DNA of 64,000 nt from an uncultured Candidatus Rokubacteria bacterium (GTDB taxonomy: Bacteria; Methylomirabilota; Methylomirabilia; Rokubacteriales; CSP1-6), in assembly GCA_963754315.1 (NCBI GenBank), contig CAVWFS010000007.1, positions 832,001 to 896,000 on the forward strand. Direction: 5' to 3'. Position 1 is the first letter of the stretch. Each line of letters begins with the position of its first letter. Below the pieces are notes generated by a model that made no database searches, was not told the DNA's origin, and saw only the letters and a program-made list of their open reading frames with translations. Made by a program: the position numbers and the translations under genes. This document shows, in pieces, positions 1 to 10,368 of this stretch.

Positions 1-474
1 CAGCGCCTTGGCCGCTGGCGCCTTGCCGCCGATGGTGGTGATGTTGAGGATAGCGCCACCCCCACGCGCCTTCATCGACGGGATCACGAGTCTCGACAGG
101 CGGATAGCGGCCATGACCTTCAGGTCCCAGTCGTACTGCCACATCTCGTCGGTGACCGTCTCCAGCGCGCCAGCCGACGACGTTCCCGCATTGTTGACGA
201 GAACGTCAATGCCCCCGAACCGCTGACTCGCGGCCTTCACGAGCGCCTCGAGCTCGACCGGCTTGGTCACGTCCGTCGGCCGAGCGATGATCTCCGCACC
301 GGTCGCCTTCTCGATGGCCCGTGCCGCCGATTCCAGCACGTCCGGCCGCCGCGCGGCCATGGCCACCTTGGCCCCGCACAGCGCGAAGCGCTCAGCCGCC
401 GCGCGACCCAGCCCATCGCTCGCCCCCGTCACGATCGCAACTTTGCCCTTCAGTCCGAGTTCTAGGGTGTCCAT
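1..474 (-). CDS. SDR family oxidoreductase (runs off window start)
   Basis: Manual translation from ATG at 474: MDTLELGLKGKVAIVTGASDGLGRAAA (TGxxxGxG Rossmann motif), later VNNAG. Absent from the ORF track because the 3' end lies outside the window. Confidence 0.9.
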   Translation of the reverse strand, partial: MDTLELGLKGKVAIVTGASDGLGRAAAERFALCGAKVAMAARRPDVLESAARAIEKATGAEIIARPTDVTKPVELEALVKAASQRFGGIDVLVNNAGTSSAGALETVTDEMWQYDWDLKVMAAIRLSRLVIPSMKARGGGAILNITTIGGKAPAAKAL

Positions 475-633
475 GGTCGGCAACGATATCATGCCGGCTC
501 CGCCCATCCCAGACGGTCCCGAGGCTCTGCGTGATGGAAGAATCTACTGTGAAGAGCGCGAAGAACTTGCTCTGCCGGCGGCCTATCGGCCGCTGGCCGG
601 CGATGGCATGACCCTTGCCAATAAGCTCTCAGG

Positions 634-2955
634 ATGTCCCAACCAGACACCCCGAAGCCGTGGCGTCTCAGACGGGCACCGGCCTTGGCGGTGGCGACGG
701 CCGCGCTGGTCCTGGTCGTCGTGGGCATCTACTCCTGGGTCGAGCTAGCCCGCTTCGCGCGCGCCGAGCAGCGACGCACCACCTTCGTCTTTGCGGCCGG
801 ACAGCACCTCGCCCCGGGTGTCCACGTCAGGCTGGTCGATCTCTCCGGGACTCTCGCGCGCCTGGGCTACACGGAGACACGCACCGCGCCAGCGTCCCCG
901 GGCCAGTTCCGGCGCACGGCCACCGGCTGGGACCTCGTCCTGCGCGGTCAGGAAACGGATAGTGCTCTGCGCGGTACCCGCGTCCGCGTCGACGTCGATA
1001 ACGACCGCATCACCAGGGTGACGCATGGCCAGTACGTCGGGCCGGTCACACTCGAAGCCGAAGTGCTGACGGGCGGTGACGATCGGGCTGGAGAGGACTA
1101 CCGCCCTCTGAGGCTCGCGGACACCCCGCCCCTGCTCATCGACGCAGTGCTGGCGGCCGAGGATCATCGATTCTTCGAGCACGGCGCCCTCGACGGGCGG
1201 GGGATGGTCCGCGCAGCCTGGGCCAACCTGCGCGAGGGCCGAACCGTGCAAGGCGGGAGCACGATCACTCAGCAACTCGTCAAGAACCGGCTTCTCACCC
1301 CGAGGCGAAGCGTGCCGCGAAAACTGCAAGAGGCCTGGCTCGCCATCCTGGTCGAGGCCCGCTATTCCAAGAAGCAGATCCTGGAATCGTACCTGAACGA
1401 GATTTACCTCGGCCAGCGTGGGGCGCTCGCCATCCGCGGCGTGAGCGCAGCCGCCCGCGCCTACTTCGACAAGGAGGTCCACCAGCTCAACGCGGCCGAA
1501 GCGGCGCTGCTGGCGGGTATGATCCGAGCGCCGAACACGCATTCGCCCTCGCTCAACCCCGAGCGCGCGCGCAAGCGGCGCGATGCCGTCCTGGCTCGCA
1601 TGCGCGAGCTCGGGCGGCTGGCTCCCGCCGCGTACGATCAGGCGCGCCATACGCCCTTGCGTGTGCTGGCGAAACCTGCGCCTGGGCAGCCGGCGCCGTA
1701 CTTCGCGGACTACGTACGTCTCGAGCTGGAGCACCGGTTCGGCGACGAGGCGAAGCTCGGCCAGCAGAACTTGCGCGTCTACACGACTCTCGATCTGGCC
1801 CTGCAGCGCTTCGCCGAGAACGCGCTTGCCCGAGGGCTCGATCGTCTGGAGACCGGACTACCCCGGCTCCGGAGGCAGGATCCTCAGGCGCGGCTTCAAG
1901 CAGCGCTCATCGCCCTCGATCCGGCCACCGGAGAGATTCGAGCTCTGGTGGGCGGACGTGACTATCAGGTCAGCCAGTTCAACCGCGCTGTCATGGCACG
2001 CCGGCAACCTGGCTCTGCCTTCAAGCCCTTCGTGTATGCGGCAGCGTTGGCGTCTCGCCGGGGCCGCCCGCTGTACACGGCCGCTTCGATGGTTGACGAT
2101 TCTCCCGTGACCGTCACCGTCGGGGGCAAGCGGTGGTCGCCACGCAACTACGAAAGCCGCTACGAGGGCTCCGTCACCGTGCGCCGTGCCCTGGAGCGAT
2201 CGCTCAACAGTGCTACCGTGCGCATCGCGCAGGCGGTTGGTCCGGCAGCCGTCGTCGAGACGGCTCGCTCGTTCGGGTTCGGGGACAATCTGACGGCGGC
2301 GCCAGCGGTCGCGCTCGGAGTGTTCGAAGTGACGCCCTTCGAGCTGGCGGGCGCTTACCTGCCCCTTGCCAACGCCGGCATCCGCCCGGGCCTGCCCGGC
2401 ACCGTGCGAGCGGTCTTTCAAGGCGACGGCACCGTGATCCCGTCCGCCAGTGAGTCACCAACTCGGGTGGTGACACCGGCCGAAGCCTATCTCCTCACCG
2501 CCTTGCTTCAGGGCGCAGTCCGTTCCGGAACGGGCGCCGTCGCCGCCGCATTCGCCGTTCCCGGTGAGATCGCCGGCAAGACGGGCACGACCAACGAAGG
2601 ACGTGACGCGTGGTTCGTCGGCTACTCCTCCCGGCTCCTCACGGTCGTCTGGGTGGGATTCGACGACGGCCAGCCTCATCAGCTAACCGGCGCTCAGGCC
2701 GCGCTCCCCATCTGGGCAGACTTCATGCGGCAGGCGCTGGCCGCATATCCCGCCCCTTCCTTCGTCGCACCCGAAGGCGTGACGTTGATCGACATCGACT
2801 CGACCAATGGCAAGCGGGCCAACGAGTACTGCCCGCTCGTGACACGGGAGGTGTTTCTGGCGGGGACGGAGCCGGGGGCGTGCGGGGAACATGCACGACC
2901 GGAGCCCCCGATCGTGGGCTGGTGGCAAGAGTTTCGCTCCTGGTTCGGACGCTGA
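634..2955 (+). CDS. mrcB: Class A bifunctional penicillin-binding protein (PBP1B-like)
   Basis: N-terminal TM; UB2H-like segment; transglycosylase motifs EDHRF, GGSTITQQ, RKLQE; transpeptidase motifs SAFK, SLN, KTG. Confidence 0.88.
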   Translation: MSQPDTPKPWRLRRAPALAVATAALVLVVVGIYSWVELARFARAEQRRTTFVFAAGQHLAPGVHVRLVDLSGTLARLGYTETRTAPASPGQFRRTATGWDLVLRGQETDSALRGTRVRVDVDNDRITRVTHGQYVGPVTLEAEVLTGGDDRAGEDYRPLRLADTPPLLIDAVLAAEDHRFFEHGALDGRGMVRAAWANLREGRTVQGGSTITQQLVKNRLLTPRRSVPRKLQEAWLAILVEARYSKKQILESYLNEIYLGQRGALAIRGVSAAARAYFDKEVHQLNAAEAALLAGMIRAPNTHSPSLNPERARKRRDAVLARMRELGRLAPAAYDQARHTPLRVLAKPAPGQPAPYFADYVRLELEHRFGDEAKLGQQNLRVYTTLDLALQRFAENALARGLDRLETGLPRLRRQDPQARLQAALIALDPATGEIRALVGGRDYQVSQFNRAVMARRQPGSAFKPFVYAAALASRRGRPLYTAASMVDDSPVTVTVGGKRWSPRNYESRYEGSVTVRRALERSLNSATVRIAQAVGPAAVVETARSFGFGDNLTAAPAVALGVFEVTPFELAGAYLPLANAGIRPGLPGTVRAVFQGDGTVIPSASESPTRVVTPAEAYLLTALLQGAVRSGTGAVAAAFAVPGEIAGKTGTTNEGRDAWFVGYSSRLLTVVWVGFDDGQPHQLTGAQAALPIWADFMRQALAAYPAPSFVAPEGVTLIDIDSTNGKRANEYCPLVTREVFLAGTEPGACGEHARPEPPIVGWWQEFRSWFGR

Positions 2956-3338
2956 TGCTGGCTGCCGTCTTGGCTGGCTGCGCCACGTCCGGGCGAGCCG
3001 TCGGATCGCGCACCTCGCCAGAGCGCGTGGGCCCGATCCAGACGGGATACGCGTCGTGGTATGGCAAGCCGCACCACGGTCGGCGCACGGCCAGCGGAGA
3101 GATCTACGACATGAACCAGCTCACGGCCGCTCATCCCTCCCTGTCCTTGGGCACGCGCGTGCTCGTCACCAATCTCAAGAACGGTCGCTCCGTGAGGGTG
3201 CGCGTCAACGACCGTGGGCCTACCGTCCCCGGCCGGATCCTCGATCTGTCGCATGCGGCGGCCAATGAGTTGGGGGCGGTCGGCGATGGCGTGATTCCCG
3301 TCAGGATCCGTGTGCTGAGCATACCGTCGCCTGACTAG
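2955..3338 (+). CDS. rlpA: RlpA-family lytic transglycosylase lipoprotein
   Basis: TGATG overlap with the PBP stop; LAGC lipobox; GYASWYG, TAAH, VRVNDRGP and LDLS motifs. Confidence 0.9.
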   Translation: MLAAVLAGCATSGRAVGSRTSPERVGPIQTGYASWYGKPHHGRRTASGEIYDMNQLTAAHPSLSLGTRVLVTNLKNGRSVRVRVNDRGPTVPGRILDLSHAAANELGAVGDGVIPVRIRVLSIPSPD

Positions 3339-3964
3339 CGCGTGCCTAGGCCGGTGATCAGATACGTGCGTGGGTTGCGCGGGCGGCCGTTCACCAGAAC
3401 CTCGTAGTGAAGATGTGGTCCAGTGGCGTAGCCCGTGTTGCCGGTAGAGCCGATCGTGCTCCCCGGCTTGATCACCTGGCCTCGACTGACCCTGACCTTC
3501 GAGAGATGCGCATACAGGGTGTGAACGCGATGGCCATGGTCGATCACGATCGTTCTACCGTACCCGCTTCGCCAGCCCGCAAACACGACCTTCCCGGTTG
3601 GCGCCCGCACCGCCGTCCCATGGGGCGCACCGATGTCGATGCCACTATGGACGCGGTGCCGCCACCAGGAACGGCGGCGCGATCCGAAGTCGGAATTGAT
3701 TGGACCGCGAACCGGCCAGGGAGACCGGAACCTGTCCGCGGTACTCACGGCAGGCGGCCTCGTGCGGTCCGCACGTGGCTTGACCGTGCGAGCCGCGGCT
3801 TTGGGGCGGTGCACCGCCCCGGGGCTGACCTCACGCGCGAGGCCGCGCCGGGGACTAGCGTTGTTCTGACGGGTCAGCGCATCGAGAGGCGTCACGCTGA
3901 TGATCAGGGTCAGTAGCCCGAGCAGTGCTGGCCGCCAACTCCCGCAGGGTCTCAGCATCCGCAT
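3335..3964 (-). CDS. M23 family metallopeptidase
   Basis: HSGID, YAHLS and TGPHLHYEV motifs; hydrophobic N-terminus; start uncertain. Confidence 0.9.
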   Translation of the reverse strand: MRMLRPCGSWRPALLGLLTLIISVTPLDALTRQNNASPRRGLAREVSPGAVHRPKAAARTVKPRADRTRPPAVSTADRFRSPWPVRGPINSDFGSRRRSWWRHRVHSGIDIGAPHGTAVRAPTGKVVFAGWRSGYGRTIVIDHGHRVHTLYAHLSKVRVSRGQVIKPGSTIGSTGNTGYATGPHLHYEVLVNGRPRNPRTYLITGLGTR

Positions 3965-4193
3965 GCTCCATCCCGGACGTGGAATCTGCCGCCATAGCCG
4001 TGGCAAGACGCTTGCCACAAAGCCTTTGGAGTTGACCGCCGGGGACGAGGCGAGAAGATTCTGCGCTCCTTTGTAGAACTTTCCATGCAGACGGGAGTCG
4101 GATTTCCTCTAGAAGCTGAGAATTCCTGGGCCCGCATCTTGCTCGCCCCAGATGACAGGTCGCAAACCCATCACGCCGAAAAAGGAGGCAAGC

Positions 4194-4901
4194 ATGCATC
4201 ACCTCGTCTGGGTTGCGGGCATCGTTCTGATCATGACAGGGTGTGCCACCAAGGACTTTGTGAACGAAACCATCAGCAAGCAGAGAACAGAGGTTGATCA
4301 GCGCATCGACAAGGTCGAAGGTCAGGTAGGCGAGAGCTCGCAGCGTCTTGGTTCCGTGGAGGGCAAGGTGACCGACCAGGGTCAGCGCGTCGAAGCAGTG
4401 GGTTCCCGCGTCGGCGCGGTCGAGACCTCCGTCGGACAGGCCGCGACCGCGGCCAGGGACGCCCAGGAGCGTGCCAACGGCGCGATGGCACGCGCGGACA
4501 GTGCCACGGCGCGGGCCGATGAAGTGGATGGCCGCCTGACTCGACTCTGGAGCGAGCGGAACGCTCGCAATGTGGTCGAGACATCCGAGGTTCGGTTTCG
4601 CTCCGGCAGGGCCGACCTCAATGACGGGGCCCAGACAGCCCTCATCAGCCTCGTGAGAGAGATGAAGGAGAACCCGTTGCTCGTGGTCGAGCTCGAAGGC
4701 TATACGGACACCTCCGGCTCACTCGAATCCAACGTCGCGCTGAGCCAGCGACGAGTCGAAGCCGTCCGTCGCTTCCTCGTTCAGCAGGGGGTGGACCAGA
4801 CCCGGATTCACGCCATTGGCCTGGGTCCCATCACGGATCGCAGCATGCCCCCGGACCAGAAACGGCGCGTGGCCGTGAAGGTCCTCGCGCTGGCAGGTTA
4901 G
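4194..4901 (+). CDS. OmpA-family lipoprotein with coiled-coil N-terminal region
   Basis: AGGAGG RBS; MTGC lipobox; EGYTD and NVALSQRR OmpA_C motifs. Confidence 0.9.
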   Translation: MHHLVWVAGIVLIMTGCATKDFVNETISKQRTEVDQRIDKVEGQVGESSQRLGSVEGKVTDQGQRVEAVGSRVGAVETSVGQAATAARDAQERANGAMARADSATARADEVDGRLTRLWSERNARNVVETSEVRFRSGRADLNDGAQTALISLVREMKENPLLVVELEGYTDTSGSLESNVALSQRRVEAVRRFLVQQGVDQTRIHAIGLGPITDRSMPPDQKRRVAVKVLALAG

Positions 4902-4911
4902 TCGAAGTCGG

Positions 4912-4992
4912 GGACGGGCCCCCAACCAGTTCCCGCTGGGAGCCCGTCCGCGTCCAACACGGAACCAGGTGTTGCCCACGGGCACCTGGTTC
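4912..4992 (+). terminator. Two tandem GC-rich hairpins after the OmpA gene
   Basis: ggacgggc...gcccgtcc (4912-4949) and gaaccaggtg...cacctggttc (4962-4992); no U-tract. Confidence 0.45.
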
Positions 4993-5034
4993 GTGGGCCT
5001 ACGCGACTACACCCGCTCGCGCTACCATGGCTAC

Positions 5035-6354
5035 ATGCTCCCCGAGCGGCTCACCATTCAGCCGATCGTCCGCTTCCACGGCACGCTCTCCTTGCCCGGT
5101 TCGAAGAGCCTCTCGAACCGCCTTCTGCTCCTGAGCGCCCTGGCCGACGGGGAGACCGAGGTGACGCGCGTACTGGACAGCGAAGATACGGACGTGATGC
5201 TCGGGGCACTGCGCGCGCTCGGGGTCCGGATGCGCGGTGAGCCTGGCGGACACAGCACCGTCTGGATCACCGGAAGGTCCGGCCCCCTGCACGCCCCGTC
5301 CGGTCACGCGGCGTCGGTTGAGCTGTTCCTCGGCAACGCAGGGACGGCCATGCGCCCGCTCACCGCGGTGCTCGCGGCCAGCCATGGAACCTTCGTGCTC
5401 ACGGGCGTGCCGCGCATGCACGAGCGCCCACTCGGCGACCTGGTCGATGGTCTGCGACAGTTGGGCGCCACCGTGCAGTACCTCGGACGCGACGGCTATC
5501 CGCCCCTGTGCATCACGGCCGCGGGTTTGGCCGGCGGGACCGCGCGCATCAGCGGGGCCACCAGTAGCCAGTTCGTCTCTGCGCTCCTGATGGCCGCTCC
5601 CCTCGCCCACACTCCGGTCACCATCGAGATCATCGACACCTTGGTGTCGGGCCCCTACGTGGCCATGACCATTGCGCTCATGAGGCGCTACGGCGTGGAC
5701 GTTTCACAGCCAACGCCACGGCGCTTCGAGGTGGCCGCGCCCCAGCGCTATCGCTCGCCCGGCCGTGTGCTCGTGGAGGGAGACGCGTCATCCGCGTCGT
5801 ACTTCCTGGCGGGCGCTGCGATCACGGGCGGCACGGTACGGGTCGAAGGATGTGGCTCCGACAGCCTGCAGGGCGACGCGCGCTTCGGCGAGGTACTCGA
5901 ACGCATGGGCGCGCGGGTGCGCTTCGAGCCAGCCGCCATCGAGGTAGAGGGTCGGCCACCTCTGAGAGGTGTCGACGAGGACCTGACCGCCATACCGGAT
6001 GCCGCGATGACCCTCGCCGTGGTGGCGCTGTTCGCCCGGGGGCCGACGACCCTGCGCGGGATCGGGAACTGGCGCGTGAAGGAAACCGATCGCATGGCAG
6101 CCGTATCTGCCGAGCTGACAAAACTGGGGGCACGGACCGAGGTCGGCACCGACACGCTCGTGGTGCATCCGCCTGCGCGCATCCGACCAGTGTCGGTCGC
6201 CACCTACAACGACCACCGGATGGCGATGGCGTTCTCTCTGGCGGCGTGCGGGGGAGAGCCGATCGTGATCGAGAACCCCGCGTGCGTGGCCAAGACGTTT
6301 CCCGAGTACTTCCGTGAGCTCGAGAAGCTGACCCTGCCCGACCGGAATCGCTGA
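5035..6354 (+). CDS. aroA: 3-phosphoshikimate 1-carboxyvinyltransferase (EPSP synthase)
   Basis: LPGSKSLSNR, LGNAGTAMRPL, SSQF, RVKETDR, DHRMAM and KTFPEY motifs. Confidence 0.97.
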   Translation: MLPERLTIQPIVRFHGTLSLPGSKSLSNRLLLLSALADGETEVTRVLDSEDTDVMLGALRALGVRMRGEPGGHSTVWITGRSGPLHAPSGHAASVELFLGNAGTAMRPLTAVLAASHGTFVLTGVPRMHERPLGDLVDGLRQLGATVQYLGRDGYPPLCITAAGLAGGTARISGATSSQFVSALLMAAPLAHTPVTIEIIDTLVSGPYVAMTIALMRRYGVDVSQPTPRRFEVAAPQRYRSPGRVLVEGDASSASYFLAGAAITGGTVRVEGCGSDSLQGDARFGEVLERMGARVRFEPAAIEVEGRPPLRGVDEDLTAIPDAAMTLAVVALFARGPTTLRGIGNWRVKETDRMAAVSAELTKLGARTEVGTDTLVVHPPARIRPVSVATYNDHRMAMAFSLAACGGEPIVIENPACVAKTFPEYFRELEKLTLPDRNR

Positions 6355-7389
6355 CTACGGCTGCCTGACCAGTTCCATGAGGCGGGCGAGCGTGGTGAGC
6401 CGCGCGTCCAATGTGGTCCCGGCCGGGTCGACGCGCAGGGTGGTCACTCCCGCGCGGCGATAGAGGGCGATTCGCTCGCTCACCATCTGCTCGGTGCCCA
6501 GCAGGTTGGACTTCAGCGCCAGCTCGTCGGGCACCCGCGCCGCCGCCTCCTCTCGCTTCCCCTCCAGCCATAGTCGCTGGACGGCGTGCCCCGCCTCCTC
6601 GTAGCCCGCGCGCCGAAACGCGTCGTTGTAGAAATTGTGCTCGCGCGAGCCCATGGCGCCGAGCGTGAAGGCCAGACCCGGCTTGCGCGCGGCAACGAGC
6701 CGCTCGACGTCGTCCCCGAACGCCACGGCGCCCCCTGCCTGGAGATCGAGGTGCGCGAAAGAGCGGCCAACCCGCTTGGCTCCCGTCTCGATGTGGTCGA
6801 AGAAGACATCGGCGTGGTCGGGCATGAACGAGGTCCCGAGCCAGCCGTCGGCAACCTCCCCAGTCAGCTCGAGACCCCGAGGGCTCAGGGTGGCCAGGTA
6901 GATCGGGATATCGGGACGGGGCCGAGCCCCCGACCGCAAGGCCTTGCCCTCGCCGCCAGGCCTCGGCAGCTGGTAAACCTGCCCCTGGTAGGTGACGTGC
7001 TCTCCGCGCACCGCACGGCGGACGATCTCGACCGTCTCGCGCATGCGCATCAGCGGTCGGTCGAAGGGGATGCCGTGCCAGCCCTCGATCACTTGCGGGC
7101 CGCTCACTCCGAGTCCCAGCACGAACCGGTCGCCCGACATCGAAGCGAGGCTCATGGCAGTCATGGCCACCAGCGCCGGCGTGCGCGTTCCCGCTTGCAT
7201 GATGCCTGACCCCAAGCGGATACGGGAGGTGCGGGCGGCCATGAACGCTAACGGGGTAGCGGCATCGAGTCCCCACGATTCGTGCGACCAGACGAAATCG
7301 ACCCCGAGCCGTTCCGCCTCGCTGACGTAGTCGCCGGCTTTGGTCCAGTCCTCGTCGGTTTCCAGCCGAAGACCGATGGCGACGCGCAT
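6355..7389 (-). CDS. LLM-class oxidoreductase, probably F420-dependent
   Basis: ESWGLDA, RTPALVAMTA, LGLGVSGPQVIEGWHG and MGSREHNFYND motifs. Confidence 0.88.
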   Translation of the reverse strand: MRVAIGLRLETDEDWTKAGDYVSEAERLGVDFVWSHESWGLDAATPLAFMAARTSRIRLGSGIMQAGTRTPALVAMTAMSLASMSGDRFVLGLGVSGPQVIEGWHGIPFDRPLMRMRETVEIVRRAVRGEHVTYQGQVYQLPRPGGEGKALRSGARPRPDIPIYLATLSPRGLELTGEVADGWLGTSFMPDHADVFFDHIETGAKRVGRSFAHLDLQAGGAVAFGDDVERLVAARKPGLAFTLGAMGSREHNFYNDAFRRAGYEEAGHAVQRLWLEGKREEAAARVPDELALKSNLLGTEQMVSERIALYRRAGVTTLRVDPAGTTLDARLTTLARLMELVRQP

Positions 7390-7910
7390 CAGGCAGGACG
7401 GCGAGCATCCAGAGCGGTGGCGATCTTCTGGAGCTGTCCGGCGTGGTCGAGGTCGTGCAGCCGCATGAAGAGCAGGGTCTCACGCCAGTTCAGCGGCCCG
7501 AAGAAGGGATGCTCGACCGTGCCCTCGAGGCGACTCTGCGGGTCTGCCCCGCGTACGCGCTCGAAGAGGGTGGCCCGGTCACGCTCGAGAAGGGCCCACC
7601 ACGCGTCCGCGCTCTGGTGGGGCACGTCACGCTCAAGCCGGTCACGCACGCCGCCCCCGGGCAGGCCGTCGAGGAGCCGGACCACGGCATCGCCGAAGTA
7701 CCGTCCGGCCGTCACCACGTGGGCCATCACTTCGTTGGCGCTCCACTCATCGGGCTCGGGGCGCTCATCGAAGCGGGCGGATGGCACTGCGACCAGGGTC
7801 GAGCGAAGCTGATCCATCGCTGCCCGGACCTTGTCGACGATCTCGGTCGGCGCCAGCTTGGCACCCTGTGCGGTGAGGTAACCCCGAATCCTCAGCTGCT
7901 CCTCGGTCAT
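7389..7910 (-). CDS. DinB family protein
   Basis: EWSANEVMAHV, HPFFGPLNW and HDLDHAGQL His pattern; overlaps the LLM start. Confidence 0.85.
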   Translation of the reverse strand: MTEEQLRIRGYLTAQGAKLAPTEIVDKVRAAMDQLRSTLVAVPSARFDERPEPDEWSANEVMAHVVTAGRYFGDAVVRLLDGLPGGGVRDRLERDVPHQSADAWWALLERDRATLFERVRGADPQSRLEGTVEHPFFGPLNWRETLLFMRLHDLDHAGQLQKIATALDARRPA

Positions 7911-8026
7911 CCGCTGACCCCCTGTCTTGCAGGCCCATGTCTAGGTCACGACAAGTTTCGTTCCGGGCGGGCCCGGCCGTCAAGCCGCGCCGACGAAGGG
8001 GCCGTCGGTGCGGTACTCTGTGACGG

Positions 8027-9241
8027 TTGCGGACACGGCAGATGGAGTGGAGGTGGGAGCGTGTCAGGTTGAAGCTGGTGGATGCGCGCCCCAGCGCGTG
8101 GCGCACGGTCGCCGCCGCCACCGCCCTCAATGCTCCCTTCGGCTCGCTCTATGCGTTCAGCGTGTTCTTGCAGCCGCTGGAGACCATGCTCGGGGTGGGC
8201 CGAGCCGATCTGGCTCTCGTCTTTGCTCTGGCCGCGTGCGGATTCGGCGCCGGAATGATCCTGGCTCCCACCGCCTACGGACTCGCCCCGACCCCGCTCG
8301 TGGTGCTGGTGTGTGCAAGCGCGAGTACTTTGGGCATCGGGCTCGCGGCGACGGCCAACGGCCTCGGCCAGCTCGCCATTGGGTACGGGCTCTTGTTCGG
8401 CACCGGTGGTGGTGCCGGCTACATCGTCGTGCAGCAGGTGGTGAACCAGGCCGTTGTGCAACGTCAGGGCCTGGTGAACGGGTACATCGTCAGCCTGTAC
8501 CCGGCGGGAGCAATGATCGCCGCTCCCCTTTTCGGCTGGTCCATACGCGCGTTCGGCGTTCGCGCCACGCTGGCCGGACTCGCGGCCGTGCTGGCCATCG
8601 CTGGGTCGATCAGCGCTTGGCTGATCACGCGTTCCGGTGTCACGCTGGCCAACACGACGGGATCCGTCATTCCGGACCACGCAGAGCGACGACGAGCGGT
8701 GTTCTGGCGGCTATGGATCGTCTTCTTCCTGGCGGCATCGGCCGGGCTCATGGTCCTCAGTCAGGCCGCCGGCATCATCAGTGCCTATGGCGGCGCCACG
8801 CCGCTCGCCGTGCTCGGCACGACGTTCATCACGGGCAGCGTTGCCGCCGCGCGTCTGGGAGGGGGGTGGATGGTGGACTGGCTCGCCATTCCCAGCGTGG
8901 CGGCCGGAGCGCATGCCATCGCGCTCGCGGGCAATGTGACACTCACACTCTTGCCCAGTCCCAGCGTCTCGATCCTCGCCCTGGCCCTCGTCGGACTGGG
9001 CTATGGCGTGATCTCCGGGGTCACCGCGGCCGCCATTGCCGTCTACTGGAGGCGCGCTCTCTACGGGTGGATGGCCAGTCGGCTCTACACGGCGTGGTGC
9101 GCGGCTGCCCTGATCCTGCCGATCGTGGCCGGCCGCCTCTTCGATCTGACCCAGGGCTACGCCGCCGCGATCCTGATCGCCGCCGGCGGCAATGCCCTGG
9201 GGATGCTCGTCGCGCTCGGGCTACCGCGCCAGCGCGGGTAG
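8027..9241 (+). CDS. MFS transporter (oxalate:formate antiporter-like)
   Basis: About 12 hydrophobic segments; GSLYAFSVF motif; start uncertain. Confidence 0.85.
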   Translation: MRTRQMEWRWERVRLKLVDARPSAWRTVAAATALNAPFGSLYAFSVFLQPLETMLGVGRADLALVFALAACGFGAGMILAPTAYGLAPTPLVVLVCASASTLGIGLAATANGLGQLAIGYGLLFGTGGGAGYIVVQQVVNQAVVQRQGLVNGYIVSLYPAGAMIAAPLFGWSIRAFGVRATLAGLAAVLAIAGSISAWLITRSGVTLANTTGSVIPDHAERRRAVFWRLWIVFFLAASAGLMVLSQAAGIISAYGGATPLAVLGTTFITGSVAAARLGGGWMVDWLAIPSVAAGAHAIALAGNVTLTLLPSPSVSILALALVGLGYGVISGVTAAAIAVYWRRALYGWMASRLYTAWCAAALILPIVAGRLFDLTQGYAAAILIAAGGNALGMLVALGLPRQRG

Positions 9242-9361
9242 CACGGCTCGCACCGACGTTCTCGGCGCCGGTACTTGGAGGTGGTGCGCGCGGGTTGACG
9301 TCCTATAATCACGGCAGGTCACCACCAATCGACACACGGCACCACGGCGAGGGGAAACGCG

Positions 9362-10324
9362 ATGGCCGTCATCCTGGGTACGGGCGAATATCGCTACGAG
9401 ATCGTCGACCACTGGGCGAAGTTGCCGCCCGGCCTGGAGTTCAACGCCGACGTGGCCGCAGTCGGCGTCGACAGACAGGATCGGGTGTACGCCTTCAATC
9501 GAGGTCAGCACCCGATGGTCGTGTTCGATCGCGACGGGAATTTCCTCCGTTCGTGGGGGGAAGGGCTGTTTCACCGCGCGCATGGCGTCCACATGGCGCC
9601 CGACGATTCCCTCTGGTTGACCGACGACGGCGACCACACCGTCCGCCACTGCACCTTGGAGGGCAAGGTGCTCGCCACCATCGGCGTGCCCGGCATGCCG
9701 AAGCCTTACATGAGCGGCGAGGCGTTTCATCGCTGCACGCACACGGCGCTGTCCCCCACGGGTGATCTCTATGTTTCCGACGGCTACGGCAACGCGCGCG
9801 TTCACAAGTTCTCCCCGGATGGCCGGCCGCTCCTTTCCTGGGGCGAGCCCGGTACCGACCCGGGCCAGTTCAACATTCCCCACAACATCTGCTGCGACGC
9901 CGACGGCTGGGTCTACGTGGCGGACCGCGAGAATCATCGCGTGCAGGTCTTCGACGGCGGCGGCCGCTACGAGGCGCAGTGGAACAACATGCACCGTCCG
10001 TCGGGCCTGTTCCTCGAGCGGGGCCCGCATCCGCGGTTCTACGTCGGCGAGATCGGCGGGGGCCTCGGTGTCAACTACGACATGCCCAACATCGGCCCGC
10101 GCATCAGCATCTACGATCCGCGCGGCAAGAACCTGGCGCGACTGGGCCACCGGCCGGCTGGCCTCGAGCCGGGCCAGTTCATGTCGCCGCACGGACTCGC
10201 CGTCGATTCACGCGGCGATATCTACGTCGGCGAGGTATCGTTCACCAACTGGCGCAACCGCTACGGACAGCAATCCCACCCGCCTGGGCTGCGCAGTCTT
10301 CAGAAGCTCGTCAAGGTGCGCTGA
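9362..10324 (+). CDS. NHL-repeat beta-propeller (peptidyl-alpha-hydroxyglycine amidating lyase-like)
   Basis: YVSDGYGNARVHKF, PGQFNIPH and YVADRENHRVQVF NHL repeats. Confidence 0.88.
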   Translation: MAVILGTGEYRYEIVDHWAKLPPGLEFNADVAAVGVDRQDRVYAFNRGQHPMVVFDRDGNFLRSWGEGLFHRAHGVHMAPDDSLWLTDDGDHTVRHCTLEGKVLATIGVPGMPKPYMSGEAFHRCTHTALSPTGDLYVSDGYGNARVHKFSPDGRPLLSWGEPGTDPGQFNIPHNICCDADGWVYVADRENHRVQVFDGGGRYEAQWNNMHRPSGLFLERGPHPRFYVGEIGGGLGVNYDMPNIGPRISIYDPRGKNLARLGHRPAGLEPGQFMSPHGLAVDSRGDIYVGEVSFTNWRNRYGQQSHPPGLRSLQKLVKVR

Positions 10325-10368
10325 GGGCGCCTGCCACATCAGACCCCGAGGCGCCGGTCGCGGGCGGC